Assembly (NCBI RefSeq): GCF_009914755.1
Contig: NC_060942.1
Source of the DNA: the human T2T-CHM13v2.0 reference genome, Homo sapiens
Length of the DNA: 64,000 nt
Direction: 5' to 3' (one strand)
The translations under genes and the position numbers were made by a program. Positions 39,245 to 57,145 of this stretch are shown here, one piece after another; position 1 is the first letter of the stretch; each line of letters opens with the position of its first letter. Under the pieces are notes generated by a model. That model made no database searches, was not told where the DNA came from, and worked only from the letters and a program-made list of their open reading frames with translations.

Positions 39245-39387
39245 ATAAATTTTCTTAAATATAGAGGAAGACATTCACCAGAGTTTCCAGCCACTTGTCA
39301 TTAAGTTAAAAAACCTGGCACTCAGTATTTGCTTAGCATGGCTAACAGGCTTGCTGAAAAGAAAAAAAGCCTTGAAAATTCCTCTCA
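39245..39387 (+). pseudogene. Unprocessed clade-B serpin pseudo-exon 3 (SERPINB9/B6/B8-like)
   Basis: LNIEEDIHQSFQPLVI/fs/VKKPGTQYLLSMANRL...FLS; about 75-80% identity to SERPINB8 exon 3 over the ~90-nt core (hand alignment); retains acag| and |gtaagt. Confidence 0.9.
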
Positions 39388-39777
39388 GTAAGTTGAATTG
39401 ATAGAAAATAAAAGCTGTATAGAGAAGAGGAAAAAAGCCCTAGAGAACTTGAGAAATTTATGGCAATTAAATAATTACAATAACTATATTTTGAATTATT
39501 TCCAAATTGGCTACTTCTAAAATTCACTTACTAATCTGTGGTTATTCATGGTTTGGCATATACCTATTTATAAACTGTGATATTTTAACATTTAAAAGAT
39601 TATGATAAGATCACTTTTAAGAGCTATGTATATTATTTTAAATAAAAAGTATATTTTAATATTTCAGAATATTTGGAAATTTGAAAGCTTGCTGATTTTT
39701 ATTTATTTTTACTTCACTTATTTATTTACATTCATTTTATCTAGCAATGGTGCCACACTGAACATTTTTCTCTACAG

Positions 39778-39800
39778 AAACTTTAAAGGAATGCTTCTGT
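39778..39800 (+). pseudogene. Stub of serpin exon 4
   Basis: tttttctctacag|aaactttaaaggaatgct resembles SERPINB8 tgcag|gactttaaagaatact; correct order and strand after the pseudo-exon 3; similarity ends after ~20 nt. Confidence 0.55.
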
Positions 39801-40394
39801 TGGTTAGTGTCATTATCTCCAAGAATGTAACAAACTCTCATCTTGTGCCTCCTAACAGGATACACTGAGAAGCACAAGCTTCTTCTGTGACATTCTTGCC
39901 AACATTATCAGCACCTGAGTGTAAGTACAGAAACATCAGACGGCATTGAATTGAGGGATATTCTACCAAATAATTGGCTGAAACTCTCTAAAAGAGGCAA
40001 TGTCATAAAAGACAAGCACTGTGGAAGTGCCACAGGAGGATGTGTGATAACTAATTGCAACCTGCGAGCTTCTTTGGGTCCCACAAAACACCTGAATAAA
40101 TACAAAAGAAGACATTCAAGTGTCCAAGAAGGAAATATAAAAGGATTTGGTTATGGTAGTTATCAAGACATTCATATGAAATGCACAGTGAAATACCACC
40201 ACAACTCTACCAAAGTAGGTAAAATTAAAACCACTGACAACATCAAGAGTGGGCAACGATGTAGAACAACTGGAATTCTCCTACATTTTTCTTGGGAATA
40301 AATTAGTAAAGACACTCAAAAAATTGGCCATATCTACAAAAGCCTAATAGTGTTGAAGCAAACGTTGCACTAAGCAAAGTTAAGCATGTCCTAT

Positions 40395-41672
40395 AACCTG
40401 AATGCCGTCTTCCACCAAAATTTATATGTTGAAACCCAACATCCAATGTATCAGTATTAATTTGGATTAGGTGATTAGGTCCTGAGGAAAAAGCCCTCAT
40501 AAATGGGATTGATGTCCTCATAAAAGGGGCCCCAGAGAACTACCTTGCCCCTCTGCCATGTGAGTACACAGTGAGAAGGTGCCATCTATAAAGCAGAGAA
40601 TAAGCCCTTACCAGACATCAAATATAATGGTACTTTGATTTTGGACTTCCCAGCCTCTAAAATTGTACGAAATAAATTTATGTTGTTTATAAGCCACCAA
40701 ATTTATGGTCTTTTGTTTAGCAGCCTGAACAGACTAAGATAGCCTGTAAGGAAGTGTTTATTCAATGCTATTACTATAGGGGAGAGAGATCAGATCTCAG
40801 TCTGTGCTCAACTTCACTAAAACAAAGGGCTGGAGAGTTTTTGAGAACTGGGGTGGGGAGAGGTATTAGGACATGTGGGTTTTCTACTTGGCCTTACCTA
40901 AAGGAAAAATAAATTTTCTCATATCTTCATGGCAGGAGGTAATTTTACAACTTCAAGCAAGGTGCCCGCTGATATTATTCTCCCACCCTCCCACAGAAAC
41001 AGGGAAATAAGATGCTATCTTCCTTGATGATTTTTGAAACAGCTCCCAGGTCCTTAGGAAAGAGTCCTGCATTGAAAAATTGTCAAGAGGCTTTTAAAAA
41101 GATTTACATGTCCAAGGAACAGAGAAATCATCGACAATGACAAGTTTTCTAAAGTCAGTGCTCTGATAAAACGGCCATGTGGTTATGTCATCTGGATTCC
41201 GTGAGTGCTGGGATGAGAGGGAGATCAGGCACCTAGAGGCAAGAAGAAACCTATTTAAAGATAGTCAAGCTGAGGGAAAGTTAAGGCTGCCTTAGTACAT
41301 AGGTATATTCTGTGGCCAAGTGTTATGGATTGAATGTTTTTGTTTCAAATTCATATGTTGAAGCTCTAACCCCCAATTTGATGTTTTTCAGAGATGGGGC
41401 CTTTGGGAGGTAATTTGAGTTATATGAGGTCTTGAGAATGGGAACCCTCATGTGGGATTAATGCCCTTAAAAGAAGAGAGACTAACACACCGAGGAAATG
41501 CCACATGAGGACACAGAGATGGCAGCTGTCCACAACCCAGGAAGAGGGTCCTCTCTAGAACCCAGACATGCTGGCACCCTAATTGCAAACTGCCAGCCTC
41601 AAGAATGCAAACCAAATTTCTCTTATTTAAGCCACCCAGTCTGTGGTATTGTATTATGGCAGTCAGAGACGA
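40395..41672. mobile_element. Cluster of two MLT1 LTRs with a MER31-like LTR (40744-41299) between them
   Basis: MLT1 hallmarks aaattcatatgttgaa, ccctcat..ggatt and taagccacc; MER31-like blocks shared with 11446-11782. Confidence 0.7.
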
Positions 41673-41679
41673 TGGAAGT

Positions 41680-46480
<4,801 letters not shown>

Positions 46481-46494
46481 TTTAATAAAAAGCT

Positions 46495-47360
46495 GAATAT
46501 TCCACTGTGCTTAAGGCCCATATTAAGATCTATTTTTGTATATCTTCATGCTTCTGAAATTAAGATCTTGATGTAATTATCAGTGTCCATACAAGTGTGT
46601 ATTTCATCATTGGTGCCTATATTGTTGTCACCGCAAGTTCATGTTGGTGCTGTATTTGTTGAGTAGAGCTGCCATTAATTTTGAAACAATGTATTGTTAT
46701 TTGAAGTCGAAAATTTATTGTGAATGCTGAAAATTACTGAAATGGAATGGTGATGCAATAGTTGATATTAGGGAAGCAAATACTTATATTTGGATGAATG
46801 AGTGAAATTTACTGTTTTCTTGCAAAGCAATGCCCATGCTTTATAGGGACTAAGAAAGGCAGCCACCCTCCTTACAAGTGGAAGCTGGGCTATTGTATTA
46901 ACTATACATACCATATGAAATAATGCCAACATCAAAACTTGCAGAAATGGTTTCAGAAGCTTGGAAGAAAATCTGAGTTAATAGTATTATGTTTGGTGAC
47001 AGTTAGAAGTGTTTCATAATGCCCATGTCCTAAAGTTCCTGATGGTACAATAAGCAATATTGGGGTGAAAAATGAGCATATATGACCTTAAGACCCGTAA
47101 CTATTTAAAAGAGTCAGACTGAATATGTTTTGAAATTATTTTACAAATATTTAATTTTATATATGATCAAGACTAATATATAATAAAATATATGTCTGAA
47201 CATATCTAAAAGAACTCTTTACATATTTTAAAATAACAATTCAAGTGGATGAAAATGTGGCATCATAATTCAATTGCCAGAGCTTTTATTTCCTTAGTAA
47301 TATGTGAAATAATAATGCATTTTAGAGATGAGGTCATTTTAGCATTTATGAAATATGGTA
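46495..47360. mobile_element. Tc2/Kanga-type DNA transposon relic
   Basis: The end atgaaatatggta resembles the Tc2 terminal inverted repeat; interior resembles a decayed transposase fragment. Confidence 0.5.
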
Positions 47361-48559
47361 CAATTTATTTAATTATTTATTTCCTTCCCATCTTACTGTC
47401 TAGAAAGTATACACATCAAATGCTGGGCCCTCTGAATTGATCTTTTACATCTCAACTTTTCTGTTTTCCATTCTTAAATCCTGAGATATTTTCTGAACTT
47501 TTTCTCGTAGCTCTTCTGGTTTATTTTTTTCAACAATGTTCTAAACTTCACGAACACTATCTTGCCTTTTGGTTATTCCTTTTTAATATCTGTGTATGTA
47601 TGTGTGTGTGTGTGTGTGTGCGCGTGTGTGTGTAATGACTTCTTGAGTTAGCTAAAAATCCTATCAAAATTTTTAATATTCCTGTCTGAAATGTTTCTTT
47701 CGGAGTCAGCTCTTCTGAGTGTCAATCTTGGTTCTTGCATTGCAAACTAATGATGTTCTCCACAGCTCCTTGTAAATTTTGATTGTCCATTCATATCTAG
47801 TAATGATAATTTTGATTATTGAGGTAGGTAGCTGGTTTACGTAATCTCTACTGCTGAATACATGGGACACGTGTCTCAGAAAGTGTGACTAATTGGGCAG
47901 CCTGCTTTTTATGGACAAATATGTCGACCTGCATGTTGCGCAGGCAAAGAAGCCCGGAGGGGTGGCCCCTTCTAGCTACTTCCACTCCCCTTCCTCTGCC
48001 TTCACTCCCTTGAATTTCAGAATTAGAAGAGTTCTACTATTGGGCTCTATCAGCCACATTCAAATCTCCTTTTCTCTCAGGGCAGCTTTTAAGAATTACT
48101 TTCCAAAGAAGTTCACAATTTTTTTTTTCTTTAGGGAGTAATTCTGGGTTGCCGATTACTCTGCCAACAGAAAGATGGGAGCCATGGATCCATTGTGGTT
48201 CTGTCTCTTTCTTCCCCCACCTCCAGTCAGTGTCCACTGGCTCATGAGCCTCTCTGAGAATTCTGATTCCCCCCAGTGCCTGGCATTCTTCTTTATGTGT
48301 ACTGAGCAAGTTCCTCCACCCTGATTTATCCATCAATAGCCATATACATTATTACTTCCGGAAATCAACCCAAAACCTTCCAGCTACCATGGAATACCCT
48401 CCTATCTCCAAACCTTCCAGCTACCATGGAATACCCTCCTATCTCTCCAATTTTCTTTGGTATGTTTCCTTTTCCATTCTTACAGTCATTACAATAGGAT
48501 ATTTAGAGGTAAAGGAGGCAAGCTTATGTTCTTTATCTAATTTCACATGCCAACAGATT

Positions 48560-49500
48560 GCTATTTATGGATTGTCTCCTTGTGCCATTTCCTATTGTGG
48601 TAGTGTAGGTTATAATAATAAGCAAAAGAGATGCAAAACAATATAATTATTAACTGTCCTAACTAAGTGTTAAGAAAGGAAGCAAAGAATGCCATGAAAA
48701 GGTAACCTGGGAGACATATTTAAATTGGCAGTGAGGGAAACCCTCTTTGAGAAAGTACCATTTAAGATCTAAATTTTGGGTAAGGCTATGTTAATGGGGA
48801 AAGGTGTTCCAGAAAGAAGGAAGAGCATGTGCAAAATCCTGATGGTGAAAGATGATGCTTATTGAAGGAGAACAGAAACAGTGTCTATGTGGAAGCAGAG
48901 TTATGAAACAGAAGGGGAATGGTAGCAAAAGAAACTAATGAGGCCGGTAGATTTGGGACATCAAAGTTGTTAAGTTAGGCCAGGAAAAAGACTTATATTC
49001 ATAATTCATGCTATTGGCACCTTTTAAAGAGTTTTGAGTTCAGGAGAGAAACACTTAAATTTGCAGTGTCTAAAGGTAATTTGGACTACTATATGGAGAA
49101 TAAAATAAAAGGAGGCAAAAATAGAAACAAGAAGCCCAGTGAGAATATCATTTTAATAGTTCTTGGCAAGAGATGAGGGATATTAATTGAAAGTAGTGGA
49201 GTAGTGTATGCAGAAAAGGAAATTGTTAGAGACATATTTCAAGGAGGAATCATAGGTTCTGATGTTGGACAGAATGTACCAGGATAGGTATGGGAATAGT
49301 GAGGGCAGATAAATTATACAAGGATTTGGGATAAGCAAAGGACTGAAAAGAGGTGCCTTTCTTGCTGAAGGCTTTGGGTGAGATGGGGACCAAGGGTTCC
49401 ATTTTGAACCTGTTACAATTGAGGTTCCTGCAATGTATACGTTTAAATTTCACAAAGGTAGCCTCATAGCTGGGTATGAAGCTTGGGAGAGAATTCTAGA
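48560..49500. mobile_element. L2 LINE relic (further L2 pieces at ~4100-4800, ~54030-54700 and ~57150-57800)
   Basis: Purine-rich L2 3' motifs (gaagagcatgtgcaaa, ggcaagagatga, ttctgatgttggac). Confidence 0.6.
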
Positions 49501-52500
49501 TGGATGAAAGGGCCCTGGGAATGGCTGGGAACGCTGAAGACCTCAGAAGAGAGAGTGTGGGCTGAGCATCCTATCAGCAATCCTTCCTCATGCCAACTCT
49601 CTCAGTCTTTTCATGCCAGACTCCTTTCACTGTGATCATCCTGTTTCATAAATAATATATCTTGTTTTTGTTGCATATTCCAAACAGTTTCCACACATTA
49701 TCTTTGGATTCTACGGGACATCATTTTCAGATTATCTTTTTTCTGAGTATTTTGCATGCTGCTTCTTTTCCTTTGATCGAAGATTGTTCATCTCTTCAGG
49801 CTCCATGCCGTTTTTAAAAATTCCTACTTATTCTTGAAAAAATGTGAGACCTGTATATCTGGAAGGCAAATTGAGCTACCCAGATTCAAATCCTTTAGCC
49901 AGTTTCTGAAAGGCTAGCAATCTGAATATCTCGCCTCTTGAGTCAGCCTCAGGCCCTCTCCTATTAAGCACATTTTTTTAAAATAATAAATTTTACCTTT
50001 TGGGCCTTTTTATCTTTTCTCCTATCTATAATGTTTAATTCTGTAGGCTCCAGGTTTTAGGATGCACCATGCCTTCGCCAGCCCTCCATTCTTTTTGCCC
50101 ATTATTCTTCCAGAACATACCATATTCTAGAAGCATAATGGGCAAAAAGTTTTTGTCCCTGTGGCTGTTGTCATGTGTCAGACAGACCTAACTTCAGAGG
50201 GCATCGGCCTGCCCAGTTGTGGGGGTGGACAAATACCAGGGTCCAGCATTTGGTGAACTTCAACTTCAGCCCTGACCAGGGCTGTCTCAGTAACCGGGCA
50301 AGGGTGGATTTGTAGATAGACTTCAGGAACTGGCTCCACGGAGGTAGGGAAGGCAGTTGCTAACAATTCCGAAGTCACTAACTAGTTATATGACCTTGAG
50401 CAAGTTACTTAAAATCCTTTGGGCTCAAATTCTCCTTTGAAACATAAAAGGGTTTGCCTAGATGATCCCTAAGTGGCTTCCAGCTTGACGTTCCTAACAA
50501 ATCCGCAGCACAACACTATTTTGGGCCATATGCTTTCCTTTCTGCATTGAGATTTTTCATTACTTTGTAAGCTTTTCTTATTTCAAAGATGACTTTCGTT
50601 GTTAGAAATCTAACTTCACTCTGGTGTGCTTGTTATGTCGATACCTTTTTCATTTCAGTTAAGGGCTTTGATGATAGTTTCCAGTGAGAGCATGGCAAAA
50701 TAAAATCATGTTTTCTGTTCTAACATTTGTTTCATCTTCATCTTTTGTCAGTGGAAATACCGCTATTTGTCATTTCAACATTTTCCAGCGACACTTCTTT
50801 CCTCATTTGGGGCCTTTGAAGTTTCTCTCATTAGAATGAAGCCCTTTGCTAACAGTTCTCCAGGGCTGCTGCTTGTGTCAGAGAAAGGGGTTTAGGCGAG
50901 CCTACTTAAGTGTTAAGCAATGTCTCTAGGCAATCTCCTTCTCCTCCTAATAAAAAGAGTGACATTCAATTAGAGAACCAAGGCTTGGAGGAAACGCCTG
51001 CCACAGGGCTCAGTGGCTCAAGTTGCTTTGCTGCTACTGTATGTTAGAAAGCTTATTTATACTAGACAGACCCTAGACACTTTTCCCCCCTGGAAAGTGT
51101 CCATGACCTGACAATTCCTTCCCAGAAAGAGGGCTGGGAGTCTGGGCCTGAGGGCTGAGGGGAGAGCTGACCCAGTATCCCTTTCTGAGAAGCACACTGG
51201 TGACTGAAGTGCTCAGTCAAGTCCTTCATCTGGGAAAGGCTTTGCTTATCCAATGGTTCACATGGTTTTCAGCAGGTGCAGAAAGAAAGCTTTCTAGCTA
51301 TCTCTACTGAGACCGTTTTTCCCAAATCCCAAATTAGGGCACAACACAAGTGTGTTTTGGGAGACAACAGGTTTAAAATTATGTTTATTCCATAAAACCC
51401 AGGACCTACCTATGATATAATTCTTCAATGCAGGGTAGATTGCAGTAAGGTTTTTCGTTTTTGTTTTTTGTTTGTTTTTTATTTGTTTATTTTTGTTTTT
51501 GTTTAGGTAGAGAGAAAAATCAACATGGGAGGAAGAGATAAACTTTTTTATTCTAAGGGAAGCCAGTGATTAAAAAGCGGTTTATGGGAAAGTCACAAAG
51601 ATTCAATATTTGAATAAGGAGACAGTTTAGGAATATGCTAAATGCCTCCCTTATTTTATGGAATCGAAACTCAGAGAGTTTATATGGCTTGCTCAACACT
51701 AAGCACAGGTCCTTAAACATGACAGCAGTTAATATTTTCAGATTTCATCCAGGAGCATACATCTTGTTGGTGGAAGTCCTGAATTATGGGTATGGAAGAC
51801 AAATGGGAACTGTGAGACCACTGTTGAAGAGCTGCTGAAGTTTCAAATCCCTCATTTTCCATGATATGTTCTAAACCTTGCTCTAAGCCCTAAGATTTGC
51901 ATTATTAGAAGTAGTAACAGAGAATTGTTTTTGCACTTCCTTCTAGATTTGTAGATCTTCTTCTGCCAAGGTATGAAAAGAGAAATAGCAGCATCATCCT
52001 TGATTTCCACCTCTCTGGTGTTCCCATAGCCAATAAAAAACCTGTCTGTTCACAGCTCCACACACATTTTCCCTCTTCCCAAGGCCTAACTAGCTCTACT
52101 GCTTTAGTCTGAAGACTAGACTGTCCCTTCCTGAACCTATTCTTTAAATTGATATTAGGCTCATCATTTTACAAAGTAAATAGAGTTATATCACACTCCA
52201 TTTTTCGGTGACGTGAGGACATTTGAGCAGAAGCTTCCTGTTCCCCTGCTCTTCTCTTGACTTGGTTACAAATAGACCTCCAGGAATAGAGTCAGGATTA
52301 GGCCAAGGATGATTTCTTTCTATATGAATTCTAGTGTAATTTTAAAACTGCTTTAAAAATACTCAGGTACAAAAATACTGATTCTAAAACAAGCGTTTCC
52401 TATGAGGGTAGGAATCAGGTATAAATTTTATTGTATTCCATCAAGGAAGAGAGACAAACTTTGTGTATAGAGATCCATAGGTCAATCTGATTGACTTGAT

Positions 52501-54842
52501 GATGATGATGAAGTTAACAAAAAGAAGCACAATTTTTCAGTATGTTCTACAATGCTAGGCACTGTATTAATACTTCCTGTACATGAACTAGTTGAATCTT
52601 CACAAAGCCCCAATGTGTTAATATCACCCTCCATTTTATATATGGAAAAAAACTTATTACTGAGAGATTTGAGATAATGGACCCCAAATCAAACACCTAA
52701 TAAGGAGCAAAGAAAGATTTGAACTCACTGGATTGAACTTCCCTATGGAAACCCTGATCATTAGAGATAGCAGCAGCCTCTGCAGAGTGCTGAATCACAT
52801 TGCACACCATCAGCCTCCTACCTTCTTTCCAAAAAGGATAAGTAAAATGACTTTTGCTCATTTATCTACTAATCATGACTGTGCATATGGAATTTTTTTG
52901 ACTCTTATTTTGGCTGGAGACAAAAATTTTATTAGAGAAATACTAGTTATAATAATAATTTTAAAACTCCACCCTATTTAGAGCTACATTACAAACCATG
53001 CTGGTCACAATCACAATTGTCTCAGGTTAGAATTTCTTTCAGAAGTTCAAAAACAGACTAAAAACATTTCCAATATGATACCACTTGGTGTCGCCATTAG
53101 CCTGTATGAATTGAATGAGTGAGCTTTCCTTCTCATATATTCTAGACAAATGACAACTTTTTTATTTTAAAGAAGTACTTTCAGGTTAACTTGGAATGGA
53201 TCTATCAGAATTCAACTAACATTCTTGGTTTTTAATTTTATTTTTTCACAATGTAACAATGATCAACTTTAGGTTTATTTCAGAAGACACATTCCTGAAC
53301 AAACAAATCTTCTGTAATTAAAAATAAAAAGCCTCAGTTATTGCATGCAAGTCTCTTGGTGCTTTGAATGGAAACAAAAGAACCAGAAGGAAACCCTTAA
53401 AAGTGTTTTCAAGAGCAAATCAATGCAAAGTGAATTGGAATGCTTAGAATTGATTTTTTACAACTAGTAATTTGATTAATATTACTCATCTAGTTTTATT
53501 CTGCAGAAGATTTTGTAAACATGTAGATCTATTAAAGTGGGTAGAAAAAATATTTATTGAATAATTATGAGCTAAAGACATTGTGTTTAGTGATTTACAC
53601 ATATAAAGTCTCATCATCATTATGACCATTTTAATTCTTTACTTTTGTTTACTGTTTTGCAGATAAATTTTAACGACTCTTATGAGGCAGAGGGCAAATA
53701 TTAAAAATACTCAGGGAAACCATTGGAAACAAAGGGAATACAGGGAAAACATCTATGAATTACACTTCCTATTTTTCTGGTTTTATGAAAGCGTTCCAAC
53801 GTTTATTAGACACACCTTGATATTGAAGTGCATATTTTCCTGGTTCTTGCTAAGATCATCAGAATACTTCAGGGCTTTAAGAAAAATATTAAAAACAAAC
53901 AAAGTCAAAGAGAAAATGAATGTCTCTCATTTTTTTTTAGTTCTAAGGATTCTAACCTCCATTTATGATCAAACACCAGCTGGGTGAAGATCAAGGGCGG
54001 CCCAGATGCATGAGTGCCAACTACATCATGACTGTCACAATCTTTGTGCTGGTACAGATTTCATCTTCAGGTCTGGAGCTGTATAGAAAACTGCCTACTG
54101 GAAATTGTCCTTCAGATGTCTGCAGGCATTTCACACTTAACTTTCTTTCAAAATAAAGACATTTTCCATTCCTGCATCTGCTGCACCCCATACAGCCTTC
54201 ATCTGATTTACCTTCTGTGATTCCAGTCTGTCTGAACAGCACCATCATCCAGTCAGTTCTCCAAGCCAGAAGCCCAGCAGTCATCTTAGACTTCTCCTTA
54301 CTCTTGCCTCCTGCATCCAGTCACTTCTGTCTTCCTTGCCTACTTGTACTGTGTGTACTGATACATCTCATAATCTGTCTTCATCTCTCTGTACCTAGGG
54401 CCAGTGCTCTAATTCAAGTCCTCATCATTTCTCTCCTGGAAAAAGGCTGTTACTTCTTCATTCTTGCTCCCACTTCTCCTCGACTCCATCCTCCAGATTA
54501 TTGCCAGAACCAATCACAGAAATCTAATTGAACAATACATCTGTTCACAACTTTCCAGTAGCTAACCAGTAGCTATAGGATAAACCACTCTCTTTCACGT
54601 TATATAAGAAAAGCCTTCAGTATCTACCCCATGTTTAATACTACACTACGCTGTTAAGATTTATGCCACAGCAACACTGATCTACCCAGTAAGTGGTCAG
54701 TACATTTTAGTTGAATTAATAAAGATAAGTGACAGTGTGATTTGATGGCCCATGAACTCCCGTATCAACCTCATCAATTGTCACCTCACCATTAAAACTA
54801 TCTCCTTCCAGTCCTGAAGGTTTTATTGGGTTCAAAATTCCT

Positions 54843-54850
54843 AAAAAAGT

Positions 54851-54894
<44 letters not shown>

Positions 54895-54972
54895 AGAAAT
54901 AAATAAAGAAAGAAAGAAAGAAAGGAAGGAAGGAAGGAAGGAAAAAAGAAAGCAAGAAAGAAAAGGAAATGA

Positions 54973-55024
<52 letters not shown>

Positions 55025-55027
55025 AAA
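54843..55027. repeat. Compound (GAAA)n/(GGAA)n tetranucleotide repeat
   Basis: Read directly; ~185-bp polypurine tract. Confidence 0.97.
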
Positions 55028-56959
55028 TGTGAAAAGCTTTGGGAGTATTCAGCTTTCCTAGTAACTATGTACAACAGTTAGCTAACTAAGGATCTTCATT
55101 GTGCAGAGATGGATTCTGTGTTTAGAATCTGGGGCATGGCCAGAGGGTGCTGCAGGTATTCCTGACTTGCTTCACAAGGTGGCTTGGGGCCTTTGCTGGG
55201 AAGAACTCTGCTTTTGTAATTCTGACAGCTGGATAACCTTGGGTAAGTTACTCTAGTTTCTTTCAAGCAAAGTTAAAATAGCAACATTAACCTACCCCCC
55301 ACAGGCATGTTAATAAGTACATTCTTCCCCAAAGTGCAATGTACGGATTTTCATTAGTCATAGGGCTACAATAATAGTTAATTGTCCCTAGTTCTCCTTG
55401 TTATTTACTGTTCACTCAACCAAAATATGTTACTGAAGGGACTGAGGGGAGAAAGTTGCAAAATATGCTGCTGTTCCAAATAAGTTGCCAAGATAATAAA
55501 AAACAATGTAATCAGACTGTGAGAAGACCTTCTGATTTCCATCCCAACTAATCATTAGAGATTCTATTGCAAACTAATTTTCTTATCTCTTATCTCTAAG
55601 TCAGCTCCTCTGCCAAGGACTTAAGGACTCAATTTATCATCTCCCTTAACAGGTGCCTTAGCTGCCAATGTGCCTGGGCCCTGGACCTGCCCAAATGATT
55701 TAAAGCAAAATTGATCGTGACTCACAATATTTATACTTTCGATCTTAAATACAAATGCCTAAATACTGAAGTAATAGACAATGCAACACTGATACTACAT
55801 ACTATATATACAACTTTCGTTCTCCCGATTTCTTCTTTTATATGACGTATAGTGTTCTTATAATCAACCAAATGTGTGATACCACAAAAGATCCTCTCTT
55901 TCCCCCTCATTATACCAGGATATGAGAAGAAAAAGGCAGGACAAAAGGAACGTTCAGAAAGCTGTATCTCTAGACACCAAAAATCAAAGCAGCTGACTTA
56001 GGCATATATTTCAGTTGACCCATCTCAATCTTTCCAATATACTCATTAGTCAACTGACAGGCCAACCAGACTGATTGGTTCTATATATTAAAGAAAGACA
56101 AACAAATCAGTAACTGCACTGAGTTTCTCAATAGAGGTGAATCATCACGGCATCAGAAGTATTAGAAATTACAGAAAGTTGGCCATTAAGGAGATTTTTA
56201 CCTTGTTGACTTTTAAAAGTTATAACTAACTAAACATAGTGTGTATCTAGTCCAGTTTTGGACTTGACTGGATACATGCCTCCCAAGCATCTAGTCTGGA
56301 ACCTTCCTTTTAAGCCCAGTAATAATTCCCTAACAAGAGGGTTCTGTCTCTTGACGTTTTATTACTCAAATTTACAGCCACCTCAACTATATTTTTCCTT
56401 TGTTGTAAATTAATTGAAAATCATACTATCTGGATTTATTAATGTTTGAACTTTTAGATATTAGATATAATAAAAGCAGTTATTTTGCAAATGAGAAAAG
56501 TGAGACTTGAGTTTGTCCAACATGCATAGTTAATGGCACAGAGAAACAAGTATGGAAGTCATTCAAGAAAAAAAAATCAGATTTGAAGGGGCAAGTTTAA
56601 CTTTACTTGGAAGATAATCTTCATTTCAATTTTGATTCCAGATAAAATGTGGCCTATTTCATCTACGTGTTGAACCATATAGACTGACAATTTTGTAGGT
56701 TTAATACATTGCAGTATGTTGTTACTTGTATTCCACTAAGCTGCGATCACAAGTAGCATGATTATTTCATATTAGTTGAGCATTTTTAAAGAAGGCATAT
56801 CAGATCTAGCTTATTAATCACCTGTTCATTCAATCCATAGTAGACATCTTAGACTTATCTTTCTTCCTACTCCACATTTAACCAGCCACAAATGATTCAT
56901 TTTAACTGCTTGATATTTCTGAAATACTTTCTCCTTCTCTATAATTTTTTTTTTTAGAT

Positions 56960-57145
56960 CAAGGGGTGGCAATGTTTCTGGTCAGTGCCATATAGTAAAT
57001 GTTTAAGGCTTTGCAGGCCAGTCTCTGCTGTGACTCCTTGGCTCTGTCATTGTCTCACTAAAACAGCCACAGATAATACAGAAATGGATGTGTCTGTGTT
57101 ATAGTAAAACTTCATGGGCAGTGAAAGTTTGCAGACTCCTTCTCC
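56960..57145. mobile_element. MER58-type hAT element
   Basis: atagtaaatgtttaaggctttgcaggcca ... aaacagccacagataata. Confidence 0.65.

Noticed and set aside
51700-52790. Minus-strand echoes of serpin exon 7 (cctggatgaaatctgaaaa at ~51750; cagaggctgctgct at ~52775)
   Set aside because: Short matches, in the wrong order and spacing for one exon; compatible with chance.
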